A stretch of 64,000 nucleotides of DNA from NCBI GenBank assembly GCA_028534125.1, contig CM052817.1, positions 24,678,001 through 24,742,000 on the forward strand, written 5' to 3'. Source of the DNA: Lama glama (taxonomy: Eukaryota). The first letter of the stretch is position 1. Each line of letters begins with the position of its first letter. The translations under genes and the position numbers were made by a program. Shown piece by piece: positions 50,371 to 63,445 of this stretch. The notes beneath the pieces were generated by a model. It did no database searches and was not told where the DNA came from. It was given only the letters and a program-made list of their open reading frames with translations.

Positions 50371-53300
50371 AAGTTCCATTCTATCATTTTTTTTAAATAC
50401 CCTGTGTGGGAACCGAATTATTGTTTTTAGTGGGAAAAAGCATTTCGCTCACCAACCCAGATACTCAAAAAGGAATGTTTGGAGCACAACCCATTCTCAA
50501 GGTGCAGTTTCTCTGTATAAGTACCGTAGGAGTTAAGAAGGGAAGTAATTAGTGTAAATCCAGGAAGAAAAAGGACTTTATATTAGGTTACAAAAGAAAA
50601 ACTGAATTTGGACTAAAAGGGAACATACCTTCTTGACAGGCAGGAGGCTGGGCGACAACCTGAATCACTCCTGAACCCCAGGTAGCAGCAACCAGAACAA
50701 AGGACTGAAACTGGGGTGACGTCAATAGAGAGAAAAAAGGATACTTAAAAATAATGGTGGAAAATAAATATTTACCATCACAGGGCTCCTTTAAACTAGA
50801 AGGGAAAAACCAGCTTTGCAGAGTAGAAAGTCCCTAGCATTCTCCACAAGTGTCTGGGTTTAACATTTGAAGTGATTTCTCAAGGTCCCACAACTTCCTG
50901 ACCAAACACAATTCTTCAAGGGCATGGGGAGACTGAACACAGAAAACAGCTCAGGCCCCACAGCCACTCCTTGGGAAGGGACTAAGTTTAGGATCAGTGT
51001 TTTCAGAAGCCAAGGATCTAAACTTCTGGACTCTTCCTGAATTTTCCAGAGTACCTCAAACAATGGTTTGCATTCAGATGACACAGAAGTCTCAACTGAC
51101 CTGGGCTCACCCCAGACTGAAATAAGGTCAGCTTGCTGGTGTCTGCATCAGGACACAGGCTGGGAGGCCACCAACCACGCCTCTAAGACGGAAAAGACTC
51201 AGGAGCCTCGGGAGGACCCCAAGGGGTGGGGGACACCATGGGGTCCTCAGAGAGGGATGTAAGCAAGGGCGATGCCCAAGGGGCTGCAGGGGCAGGGAGA
51301 ACGCAGGAGTCTGGACCTCGGCGGACTCTCCCCCCTCCTCTTCTCCTGTTCTCCTGCCCCTCCCCCTGCTTCTCCTCCTTCTTTTGCTATTTTCAGTGTT
51401 GTCCTTTTGGGGATGTTTTAAAGTCTTTAGTTACTGATAGCACCGTCAGTCCCCTGAGGTTGGGTCGAGCGGCTAGGGGACTAAAGCGATGAGACTTCAG
51501 AAATGTAATACCCACTTCAGATTCTTTTCAAAAGGTGGTGTCTTATAAAGAATGAGTTGCTACTTTAAGGTAATTGTAAGGCAGCGTTTACTGAGTGCAG
51601 TGTGCCAGGCATTGGTCTAGAGGCTTTGTGCACAACCTCATTTCATTTCCACAACATCTGTAAGGTAGGTGGTCTCATGATCCCCAGGTGCAGAGGAGGA
51701 AAATGAGGCACATGGGGGTTCAATAACAAGTCCTAATGTGAGCAGGACAGGATTCAAGCCGGGCCATGTGACCCAAGGGCCCCTCACTCTTAGCCACCTG
51801 GCTTAACAATGTCTCTAAGAGTGGAGATTGGCTTTCAGTTTTACCTAGTAAGTAACACATGCCTCACAGTAAAAAGGTGGGTTAAACCATCACCGACCGA
51901 TCTGGGCTGGAACCCAGGTTCACATCCACTCCAGTGCCCTTAAACACTTAAAAGCTGCCTCTCTCCAAATGACCCTATTATGTGTGATAAATGCTGGAAT
52001 CTGCATGCACCTTGTTTTAATGTAAAAATTACCTTCACAAAAAAGGATTAAAGTCAGCTACAGCAAGATGAAATCTGTACTTTCATTTTTTGAAAAATTC
52101 TCAGCAGCATAAAATTTCCCGATATTAATTTTAACTGCAAAAAGCAAAAGGTCATTCTAGAGTGTAACCCTATTTTATTCCTCCATAACCATTACGACAG
52201 TAAAAGAAAGACTTTTTCCTATCTGTTCAAAAATATCTTGTTCACAGGTATATGTTTTCACATTATTACTCACAAACCACTGTACTTAGAAGGAATTCAA
52301 TTTAATTTGTACCAACCATGTTAGTTATATGGCATCTAAAAATCCTTCAGAAAGAAAGAAGGGAGGGAAGGAAGGGAGGGAAAGACAGGGAAAAGGAGGA
52401 AGAAAATCTTCAATCCTACACATGATTAGCTAGAAATACCATACAAGATATAAAGGCTCCCACCAAGATGATACTTGATGCTTTCACATTCATTATTTTA
52501 CCTGAAACCTATAATCCCAAGAAGGTAGCCAAGAGGGTGGATGAGATCCTCATGTTGCAAAAACCTCAGTGGTCTAACATGACATCCCTGGAAAGAGGCA
52601 ACGAGCCAGACAGAAGAACCAACACTCAGAGCTGCTGACAGCCTCCCCACCCACTTCACTACAACACACGTCGCTTGGGCATACTGTGGCCAAAGTCAGG
52701 AAATCCAAAGGGGTGAAAGAACTCACAGAAAAAGCCCGATTTAGGTCAAACAAGCCTGTTTCCCAAGTGCAGAGAAGGGTGTCCTGCCTTTGTACCTCTA
52801 TGCCTATCACAGTTCCTGGAACACAGTGGGAGCACCTTGAACATCTGCTGCATGGAACCTGTGAATCATGAAAGCAGATTCCACCCTTCCAAAAAGGCTC
52901 CTCGACAACTGATGGAGCATCCACTTCCACTGTAATGGGATAAGCAGTTTTGTTAAGATGCTGTTTGGTAGAACAGAACGTCCAATGCAGTCATACCCCC
53001 ATTTGCCAAATGCCAACAGTTTTTTAAAACATATACAAATAGGTTATTTTTAGAGTTGGATGACTGACTCACCCCATAGCTCAACCCACTTGTTGGAAAA
53101 GCCCTTTCCAAAGGATGTAAATACAGGAGCAAGCCCCTGGCCTCATCGAAATCAACAGAAGGTTCGTTAGCAAAGATGCAAAGGAAGGCCACGAATAGCA
53201 GCACGTTCCCAAACCTAGCTCTGGGAACTGACCTTGCGCTGGATTTTCACGGGACCCCAGCACATTCCAAACTGCCGCGTCTGTCCGTCAAGGGGCAGAG

Positions 53301-53949
53301 CTGACACACCCTCACCCAAGGCACTGCCCTCTCCCACATGGATGCCATCCCTAACAGATCTGATCCTGCACGTTCCTCACAAGAGGCTGAGCAGGGACTA
53401 AGTCAGAAATTATGTAAACTATGGTTGGAAGCTAACTGGCAAATGCCAATCAAAGCTACCAAACGGGAAGAGGACAGGCCCAGATGGCCTGTTTCCAGCA
53501 GAAACTGCAAGAGGGAGGCTGGGAGAAGAGGAGCAGTTCCCTTAGGAACCAGCGACTCCCCTGGCGCTTCACAGACAGGGTGCGGGACCAGGCCTCAGGG
53601 AGCTGCGTCCCTGGTTTCTGGGTACAACCCACCTCTGCCAGGGTCGGGGTCCAGCCAAGTAATTTCCAGCTCGCAAAACAACACAAACCAACCATATGGG
53701 GAAAGAAGGTGTGTTGCTGAGCCCGCTGGAGCTTAGTAAGCAAGGGCTTCAAAAGGGAAGCCGGCCAGGGCCCAGCCCTGCAGAGGGAGAGGGAGATACT
53801 GACAGATCTTCCTGCACGTGTTAGGGGTTCACCATCCCCACATCCACCTTCCACCTTTACTTGCATATTTTTTTTTTATCTTTAGGATTCTTAGGTAGGT
53901 GTTACAAAAATGAAACCCATCTTAGAAATGAAGACATTAAAGAACAAAC

Positions 53950-54056
53950 TATTAGAAAAAATATATATGTATGTATACGTATAACTGAATCACTTTGCTG
54001 TACACCTGAAACTAACATTGTAAAACAACTACACTTAAATAATTTAAAGAAAAAAG
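53950..54056 (+). mobile_element. L1 3' tail fragment
   Basis: ataactgaatcactttgctgtacacctgaaactaacattgtaaa. Confidence 0.85.
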
Positions 54057-55089
54057 TATTGAAGTCAAGGTCACTCGTCTGGGGAGTGGCCAGAATTTGA
54101 ACTGAGGTCCCTTGCAAGCAGGGCCCAAGCTCTCAACCAGAGCTGCTCCCTAGAAATAAAGGAGGCAAAAGCAGAAGCCAGCTTTTTCTTGGCTGCTCTG
54201 TGTTCATGCAACTTACTTCCAGGCTGTCCATCCCAGGCAAGTCTATCCAGTTCCCAATGCCTCAGTTTCTTCATCTAGAAAATGCAGATCATCATAGAAT
54301 TGTTTCTGAGCAGGAAATGAGACGAGTTTAGGGGTTTAGCCGGGGTCCTAGCACAGAGTAAGTGCTCAGTAAATGTCAGCCCGTATTGTGGTGATGACTA
54401 TTATCAGTGGTAGTAAATGTGAACACAGCTATCCTCACAAAGCACCCAGCTCAGCTGGGGATACAAAGCCAAAAGACAGGAAAAGGCAATGAACAACATG
54501 AGCCTGACTGGAGGAGCAGTGTTAAATGCAGGGGACAGAGAAATACACGAGGCCTGGAGGTGAGTGGCAGCTGCCAGCACAGCACTCCCCAGGTGGCATG
54601 AGAGCACGAGGGGGCGGCCGGTCTGCGGCTCCTACAACCCTGACATCAGCCCGGTTTCTCTTCCCTCCAGGAACAGGAAGTGGATAACAATTAAACAGAA
54701 AACTACAAAAGCCCTAAACACAGGGTTTTCCAATTAGTCACAGGTTAAGTCAGGCAGTGTTCCTGCTAGACAGGCATGTGGCCTGCCTTCTGGGAAAACG
54801 GGAATTGGGAAGCAGAGATGAGTATATGGGTACATATGTGGGGTGAAGTTGTGAAGTGCTCTGCCAGGAAGTCTCCCCTAGGGCTGTCAGAGAGCAAAGG
54901 ACAAAGGGACTAGGAGAGAAAATAAAGACCACTTTGGAAAAGGCAAACAAAGGGAAGTTTAAACAGAAGTAATTAGGAAAACCCCAGACGTAGAGAACCT
55001 GATTTTAAGGGGAAGAAAGAACATGAAAGTCAATAGGGTGAAACTCAGAACCCTGAACCCCAGTAGCAAGGGTTAGACACATAGAAAAA

Positions 55090-55350
55090 TACTATTAATG
55101 ATAGTCACGTACTGATGCATAGTTTGTGTAATTACTATTCCAAGCACCTTATAAGTATGAACTTGTTTAACCCTTACAGTAACCCTGTAAGGTAGGTACT
55201 ATTGTTTGCAACCCATTTGACAGATATGAAAACTACAGCACAAAAAGGTCAAGTAACTTACACCAGGTCACACAGCTAGCAAGTAGCAGCGGTGAGACTT
55301 TAATCCAAGCAGTCTGGCTCCAGAGCCCCATTCTCTATGCTCTATTGCCT
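55090..55350 (+). mobile_element. MIR SINE
   Basis: aaccctgtaaggtaggtactatt...aagtaactt...aggtcacacagctagcaagt...agtctggctccagagccc. Confidence 0.8.
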
Positions 55351-56088
55351 GTGAGTTAACAGTTTTGATATTCAGTAAATTTCCACCAAATGGGATTATC
55401 CATAGCTCATCTCTATGCTGAGTCAGAGTCTTGAGTAGAAAAATCTATGGGTAATCATTACTCATCTAATTCAATAATAAGCCTAGAATGAGAGAATGGT
55501 TTTCCCTAGTAAGTCAATTATTGGGAAGAGGTGCATTTAAGTAATATTCTCTCCATGCCAATTTATCAGGTTTTTCTGGCACTAAGTACTAATTTCAAAA
55601 AAAAAAAAAAATCCTGATACCATTCATAAGAAGCAAAATCAAAAAGCCACCTGATCTGCATTTAACAATGTTGGAATTGCTGATTACTTCTCGGAAATCC
55701 TAAACTTCCCTTTGACTTTTAAAACAATAGAAACGATTTATATGAAGTGATCAGATCTGCCATATCCCTTCGTCCAAAACAATCTCAATTGTTAATAAAA
55801 ATGTGAAATGAAGAAATAAACACAAAGCAAAATTTTGAGCTAACATGATCTCAGTTTCATTGAAGGAAAAAATACCAAAATGTCTACACTAGTTATTTCT
55901 GAGTAGTAAGATCATAAGTTATTTTTATTTCCTTTTTAGTATTTTATATTTTTTGTTGGTGGAACTTGGGAGTTTTTTTTTTTTCTTTTTCTACTTTTAG
56001 CATTTTCTAAAATGTCTTAATGGCAGTCACTATAGTTGTTTTGTTTGTTTAGTGCAGATAGAAAGTCAGTAAGGAAACTTTATTTCTA

Positions 56089-56168
56089 TTAGATCGAACC
56101 ATATGAAACTGTTGTCATGGTAGGTCAAAAATAGTAGAATACTGGTAATTTCGTATGGTTTATCCTAA
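56089..56168. mobile_element. MADE2-like Tc1/mariner MITE (80 bp)
   Basis: Inverted termini ttagatcgaaccatatgaaa ... tttcgtatggtttatcctaa, flanked by TA on both sides (56087-56088 and 56169-56170). Confidence 0.88.
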
Positions 56169-56569
56169 TAGTAATATTCATGCTGTAGAGATAAAACAAA
56201 GTTACTGGAAACCCCTTGGTAAGGAGGCTATCTCTAACTGTAATCCATAATATTTATAGACTAGATGCTTTTACTGACGGAGGGCAGAGAAAATGCTATG
56301 AAATCTTTGATCTACACCTTAGGAGAGACGGGTCGACAGAAACCACAGAGTGGTGTAATGTCTACTTTATTACACTGTAAAACACAATGTAAATACATAA
56401 ACAATAAGGCACTGGCTTGATGTTTTTTTTCTTTCTCACTATGCTTTTTTTAAAGCTATTTCAGTCTTTATCTAAATAGTAAAACACCATACTTCCGAAG
56501 AGATTGTTACAACCACAATGTTTTAATACTATGAATTGATTTTTCCCAGTAGGGAAGGCTTGATTGTTT

Positions 56570-57295
56570 CAATTCTCCATCACCAACTGGGTGTCCTGCA
56601 ATTCAATTCAGTTCAATTCTGACACCAACTACCCCCACTTCAGACACCAGCTGCAAAGGACATCTAACCATTTAATCAGGCTAGCCGACTACCAATTCGG
56701 GGCTTCCTGGATCTCCCTCAGATGCCACAATTTGCTGTGATGACTCAGAGAACGCAGGAAAGTGCTATGCTTACGCTTACAGTGTTATTATGAAGGATAC
56801 AACTCAGGAACAGCAGGATGAAAGAGAAGTGTAGGGCAAAGAGTAGGGGGTGGCACAGAGCTTCCATGCTGTTTCCTGACACACCACCCTCCCAGCGATA
56901 TCCATGGGTTCACCAATCCTGAAGCTCCTTTAGCTTCCTTGTTTCAGAGTTTTTATCAAAGTTTCAAGAAAGTTTATTACATAATGACTGATTAAGTCAC
57001 CGGCCATTGGTGATTAACTTGATCGCCAGACCCTCACACTTTCCTGAGATCAGGGGATGGAGCTGAAGATTCCAACCCTCTATAATCCTGCAGGTGGTTC
57101 CTTGGGCAACATCTTCAACCTGAAGCTCCCTAGGGGTCCACCAAGAGTCACCCATTAGCTGGTCAGGTAGGGTCAAAAGGGCTAATTATGAATAACAAAA
57201 GACACTCTTATCACTCAGGAAATTTCAAGGGTTTTAGGAGTTTTGTACCAAGAACACGGGACAGAGACCAAATATATATGGTCTCTGTTACAGCA
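56570..57295. mobile_element. MER21-like LTR
   Basis: aattcaattctgacac...gactcagagaacgcaggaaag...aaaagacactcttatcactcaggaaatttcaagggttttaggag; boundaries approximate. Confidence 0.75.
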
Positions 57296-58592
57296 CATTG
57301 ACCCAAAGTCAGGAGTCTGTACTCATTTAAATATCAAGACGCAGCACTGAACAGCCAGGAAAAGACCAACTGTTGTATTATATGATTCTAGCAGAAGAAT
57401 TCTCCTTCCCTCCTTGAAGACCACCCCCTTGCTGACCCCACTCCCACTCAGACACTAAGACACACCAACCCCACTGTCCGAGTAACTACTAGTTCCTGAT
57501 ATGTGGGCACCTAACGCATACTAAACTACTTTCAACTGGGTTATTTTTCCTTCCCCAAATCTACTTAGGCACGTTATAAGAAATCAAAGGACTAAGAAAA
57601 CGGACTTGCCAGAAGTGATGCAGAGACGAGCCCTTAGCCAAGCAGGGTCTTATAAATCACCCCAGTGCTGATTTGTATGTTTTATTTCAAGGCACTGCCC
57701 TAAACACTGATGGCCAACACTGCCCTCTTGACCTGGACCCAGAGGAGAAAACCATGAGAACCTGACCAAAAACGGGGCAAAAACTAGAAATGCACAACAG
57801 CCTTAAAACACATGTTAAGTGATGGAGAATTCTGGAGTCAAAATGGTATGTACAATTTCAGAGGATTTACTCTCACTTAAGACATACACAATTATTGAAC
57901 TTTTCCCATTAATGAACTCCTTTTGGTCTTCACACCACAAAGACTACACACGGCACTTCATGATTCTAATTCCCAGCAAACTGAAAACCTGTTTCCCAGC
58001 ATATTACACCTATACACGACACAGACCAGATCTGTATTACTTACAAAGGGCTGTATTATTCATTGGATCCTCCAAACTATTCTGAGATGTATAAAGAACA
58101 GGTATGTTCACTCTCTGTCCCTCCAACTCACTCCCCCGCTCCCTGCCTACACAATCAACCAAGGGCTTTGTCTCGGATCCCCCACAACCCCTGCGCCTAG
58201 CCTCCACCTCCACTCTGCAGTTTTATCTGATGCGATTTTCACACCGGGTCTGCACTGACTTCCTACCCAATTCCCACCCCTCTGCACCCCTTTTGCTGGG
58301 CTGCCATGGCCACACTCCCTTTAAGGTCCACTTAAAGTGCCTGGGTTTAGGCTATGAAGACTTCTCCAACCCTCCCATCAGGAGGAAAGTCTTTCCTCTG
58401 GAATCCCACATAGGGCACTTTGTCTGTAGTCCTCTGATGATACCCAGCACATTTTCCCTTATTCTGTGTTCACTACTTCTCTCCTCCCCCTTCTCACTCA
58501 CAAGTCAGCCGAGAACAGAAACCAAGTTTGTTGTTCATTTTACATACCAACACAACACCTAACAGTATCTCAAATAAGGCCCTCATTTTTAA

Positions 58593-58875
58593 TTTTTTAT
58601 TGAAGTGTAGTTAATTTACAATGTTGTTTCAACTATGCAGCAGTGATTCAGTTATACACATACATACTCTTTTTCAGATTCTTTTCCATTATAGGTTATT
58701 ACAAGATATCCAATATAGTTTGTTGTTGATCTATTTTATATATTTATATATAGTAGTGTGTATCTGTTAATCCCAAACTCCTAATTTCTTTTTCCTTAAT
58801 GGAGGTACTGGCTATTGAACATAGGACCTCCTCCATGCTAAGCACTCACTCTACCACTGAGCTATACCCTCCCCC
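58593..58875 (-). mobile_element. Chimeric retroelement: Vic-1 tRNA head fused to an L1 3' tail
   Basis: One perfect 17-bp direct repeat aaggccctcatttttaa (58576-58592 and 58876-58892) encloses both parts. Confidence 0.88.
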
Positions 58876-59006
58876 AAGGCCCTCATTTTTAAATGAATTG
58901 CATGCTGTTTGTAGGGAATATCCGCATGTTTCACCTGAAAGGACTGTTAAAATGCTGACTTGGCAATTCTGCACATGAGTTTTATTTTGAAAACCTAGAT
59001 TTAACC

Positions 59007-59166
59007 TTTTTCTTTTAATTTTTTGTTTGTTTTTGTTTTTTTAAGGAGGGGGGAGTAATTAGGTGTGTTTGTTTGTTTGTTGTTTAAGTGACGATACTAG
59101 GGATTGACCCCAGGACCTCCGTCCTGCATGTTAAGCACGCACTCTACCACTGAGCTATACCCCATC
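59007..59166 (-). mobile_element. Vic-1-like SINE
   Basis: gtaattaggt...gggattgaccccaggacctc...ctctaccactgagctatacccc; degenerate TSD ctag(a/t)tttaa. Confidence 0.88.
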
Positions 59167-60474
59167 ATCTAGTTTTAAGCAAATCCGACACCTCTTTTTT
59201 TCCTTCGGTGGTTGTTTTGTGTTGTGCTTTTACAGAGGAGAAGGAGGAGGCTGGAAAGAATTGAGGAAGCAGCAGAAGCATTCAGGCCATGCACGCATAT
59301 AGCACAAACATGCAAAGGAAGACGAAGGAATGGCTACTCATTAGCCATCTGCCACTTCGCCAATGCCAGGAAATTCCGGGCACCCGTTTTTTATAACGTG
59401 AATAATTCACATGATTGTGTTGGAGCTTCCAGCTATGAAGAACTGTTACAATATTTGAAAATTAGTGTTCCCAAGTTATATTGTGAGACAGAAAGCCTGG
59501 TGAATTCTTCAAACTTCCACCCGTCACAGGAATCTCAGAGAACCGCATTATGTTTGTATATGCACGGGGGAGGAAGGCTTGGCATGTTACTGATACTGAA
59601 AAGAATTTGTTGTTTGTTTTTAACCCTACCTATCACGTGACGTTTTATGTACAGGTTCTTTATACATTTTCCACCACTCAGCTGAACTCATCTGGCCAGT
59701 TAAGAAGGGTACTGGCATAATTGTGTCTATTCAGGAAACTGAAATTGATTATTTTAAGTAACTCCCTCGCTTCAAAATTTTGTAGAATTCATTTCTTAAA
59801 TTTAATGACATGTAAATGAATTAGTCCCTTCAAATATTTACTCTAAAAGTAAATAGGCAATTCCTGAAGAATTCCTTGGATAATCGCTCATTTTCCACTA
59901 AAAACAAAATCTACATTTAATTAATAAGCTGTCTTGGCTTTCTCTTTAGGTAGATGAATCTACAATGAAAAAGTAAAAAAAAAAAATAATAATAAATTTT
60001 AAAACTTCCTTTTACCAGTTGTGCTGTATGTGGAGCACATGCAGTTTCACATAATAACAAAGACCATTTGAGAACAGTGAACATACTTCTAGATTTGGCT
60101 TCTCATCTTGTGACTTGAGCAAGACATTTCACTTCTCTTTGTCTTGGTTATCTCTCTGTACGTCTGTTTCCTTATGGCTACAAAACGGAGAATACAGCAA
60201 CCTGCTCCTCAGAGTGGTTGCAAGAAATAAAACTGGATCAAGCAATCAAATATTTGAGCATGCCTTGCATGCTCTGTGTCTAGTTAAGAAAAATTCTGTG
60301 TTAAATAGATGCAACATGTATCCATGGACTCGCGAATATTCACAGGAGATAAAATCAGTGAGAATAACTAGGAAAGGTTTCCTGGAAGTGTTATCCTTGA
60401 TCTCAGCTTGAAGGATGGGCGGAAAACAGGATGAATAGCCCACAAAGAGGGGAGGGATTTCCAGGTTAAGATAT

Positions 60475-60630
60475 TTAGGCAGCATCTACCAGGAATGAGT
60501 TAGAAATGCAAATTCTCCAGTCTCTTCCCAGACCTAGACCCTGGGGTGGGGGGAGGGGGAGGTAATCTACCTGTGCTGTGCCCAGCCTTCTAGTGAATTC
60601 TGACTCACGTGCAAGTGTGGGGACCACGGC
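60475..60630. mobile_element. MER5-like hAT MITE
   Basis: gttagaaatgcaaattctc...cccagacct...gaattctga...tgcaagtgtggggaccac. Confidence 0.7.
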
Positions 60631-60699
60631 TGCAGATCTGCTTGCTGTCACCTCCTCTCTTCCACAACCACCTGTCCTCCACCTGACTAATGCTGACAT

Positions 60700-60995
60700 T
60701 TTTATAACTGTAAGTTCAAACTTCATTTCCTCCAGAAAGCCTTGCTCAACCTGTACTCTCATCCCACTCCCAGCCCCAGCTTAGGTCCTCTGGCCCTGTG
60801 CCATACTTTCCTTATCAAGGTACTAATGACACTTTATCATGATTGCTTGTTTAATCGCCCCTGATAACCAGCGCTGGCTCCATAAAGGTACGGACTGTGT
60901 CTATTGTGTTCGCTTCACATCATCCTAGTGCCTTGCACATAGTTAAGGCACTTGGCTAATACTTGCCGAATGAATAAATTGCCGAATGAATAAAG
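60700..60995 (+). mobile_element. L2 3' fragment
   Basis: tcctagtgccttgcacatag..ggcact...aatacttgccgaatgaataaa; the last 16 nt are tandemly duplicated (60963-60994). Confidence 0.7.
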
Positions 60996-61904
60996 AATTA
61001 ACCTGAGAAACAAAGCTATAAAGGAAAGGTATAAAGTATTAATATGATATAGATATAAAACTAACAGCTGCATTTGGAGTACTGGTTGCAAAAACACAAC
61101 TGAATTTAGTTTGCATTTGGAAAGGGCTCATGAATGGATTTGTGTTTCGAAAACCTTTGCACTGAAACTTTTCACAAACACTTTTCAAATACACCAACGA
61201 CGCACCATATTCACCTGTTAAGGCAGTACTTTTGCTTACTTTTTATTGCCATTCTTTTTTTCTCCATGACCAGATTCTCCACCTCAGGCTTCTGGAGCAA
61301 TATGGCTCATGGAGGTGGGCAGACAAAGTAGCCTCTTCCGAATTCAGGAGGGGAGTGAGAGAGGGGACTGACAGCTAAGGTCTGTAGATGATTCCGGAAA
61401 GCCTAAGTCTTTGCTTTATTATGAAGAAGACTCTCTAGCTGAGTCAGAACCGCTGGGTTCCAGCTCCAGCTTTCTTCATTCATTCAAATGTTTAAGCATC
61501 TGCCTGTCCTGTGCTCGGACCTGAGCCTTGGACAGTGACCAAGACACACATGCGGGCCCTCCCTCACCAAACCTAACGTTCTACTTCTCCACTGTGGCCG
61601 TTCCTGGTCCCCGCAGGCTACCAGACCTCTCAGGGCTCAGCATCGCCATCTGCAAAGGGCAGGCTTACTTAATTATAAGACGACCACTGAGTCCCCTCTG
61701 ACTCTATGACTAAGAACAGTACAATTACTCTCAGAAGTTGGTTGGCCTAAGTCAGTGGAGAGACAACTTGAACACAGAGGGAAGAGTCCTAGAGAGAGTA
61801 AAGAGCCCCATTAAGCCCTGGCTGGGCCAGCTTGGCACCCTCATCTGTTAAAGAAGCTTTGAAGAGAGCATCAGGGCTGACGCTACAGGACTGTACCTCC
61901 TGGT

Positions 61905-62590
61905 CCCAGTATGTGCTTTCCTGGCACCACTGAGGCATTAACAATTCTGACACTTCCTGGAAGTATCATCAGATCCCACCGTTTAAGGGCTCAGTCTCAC
62001 AAGGATGCCAATCACAAGTCCAGGTTGTCACCCGTACTTATGGCCAACTGCCTACAGATTGGAGGCTCCAAGGACTCCCTCCCTGAGTTCAATTAATTTG
62101 CTAAAGTGGCTCACAGAGCTCAGGGAAACATTTTACTTACAAGATTACCAGTTTATTAGGAAAGGGTTAACAGCCAGATGGGAGAGAAGCATTGGGCAAG
62201 GTATGGGGAAAGGGTGCTGCTTCCATGCGCTCTGGGCGTCCTGCTCTCCACACATCTCCACCGGTTCACCCACCAGGAAATTCAGCAAGTCTCCTTGCTC
62301 AAGCCTTTAAAGTGCTTAATCCGCAGCCCTCCCCCTGCCTCTTCCCCTTCCCAGAGGTGGGCGGGTGGGCGAGGCTGGAAGTTTCAGCCCTCTTCTCCCA
62401 CCCTCCTTCAGGTGACCAGCCCCACCCTGAGGCTATCTGGGGGCACCACCCTAAGTCAACTCATTAGCATACGCTCAAAAGGGGCTCCTTAGGAAAAAAG
62501 ACAACGCCTTTCATTTAGGAAACTCCAAGGGTTTGAGGAGATTTGTGCCAGGAATTGAGGACAAAGACTAAATATATTTCTTATTAAACA
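61905..62590. mobile_element. MER21-like LTR
   Basis: aattctgacact...agatcccaccgtttaagggctcagtc...ggctcacagagctcagggaaacatttt...gaggacaaagactaaatatatttc; related to the copy at 56570-57295. Confidence 0.75.
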
Positions 62591-63273
62591 TACATTATTA
62601 TATGTTATACATCATATATTATATATATTGCTATTATATATAGTATATATTTCTTACATTCTACTTCAACACAACAGTCACCAGTGAACAATGAGAAGAT
62701 GAGTGTTGGTGACCCTGGATAATCAAAAAGGATGGCAAGTGGATAGTTACATCAATTCTAGGGGAAAACTGTCAAAACCTTGGGACTGTACCTACAGATC
62801 CACTGGCTAGAGAAAACCCAATTGGTCAATCTTTCCAAATTGTGCTAAAGAAACTGTCACAGCCTACCCTTACAAAGGTAATGGCTTCCTCCCGTTTTCC
62901 TTCGTCTCCTTTGCCTAATTTTGGTAGCTAATGGCTCACAGCTCCACAAATTCCCTGCATCCCAGGAGAACTCCCTGCCAGGCCCCCTGGTCCCTATTCC
63001 TCCTTCCCTGGGGCCTTGGCACTGCTCAAAGCTGCTTCCTCAACCTCCCCGCCCATTACACACAGGACACACCGGCCTCAGGGGTCAGAGCAAGATGAGA
63101 CAGGGAACACCTCAGGCAATGGCCCAGGACCTGAAAGGAAAACTCTGGAGCAGGTAGGAACTTTGTCCCATCTGATAGCTGTGACAGGTTAGTACCTGGT
63201 TAAGGACAAAGTAAGAATAATATATTTGTTTAGTATTTACTATGCACAAAACATTGCACCATGCACTCTCATG

Positions 63274-63445
63274 GTTTTTTTGTGTGTATGTGAAATTTAC
63301 TTTTTATTTATTTATTTGTTTTAGGTTATGCTGCCAAGCTTTTTTTTTTTAATTGAAGTATAGTTGATTTAAAATGTTGTGTTTGTTTCTGGTGTACAGC
63401 ATAGTGATTCAGTCATACATATTCTTTTCCATTACAGGTTATTAC
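63274..63445 (-). mobile_element. Short L1 3' tail with a probable 3' transduction, inserted in a MIR
   Basis: TSD cactctcatg at 63264-63273 and 63446-63455; L1 end and poly(A) at 63340-63445, then about 58 nt of non-L1 sequence and a second A tract. Confidence 0.78.

Noticed and set aside
53280..57735. Partial CTCF-like motifs near 53283, 53320 and 57716
   Set aside because: Each lacks key core positions (the leading CC or the central AG).
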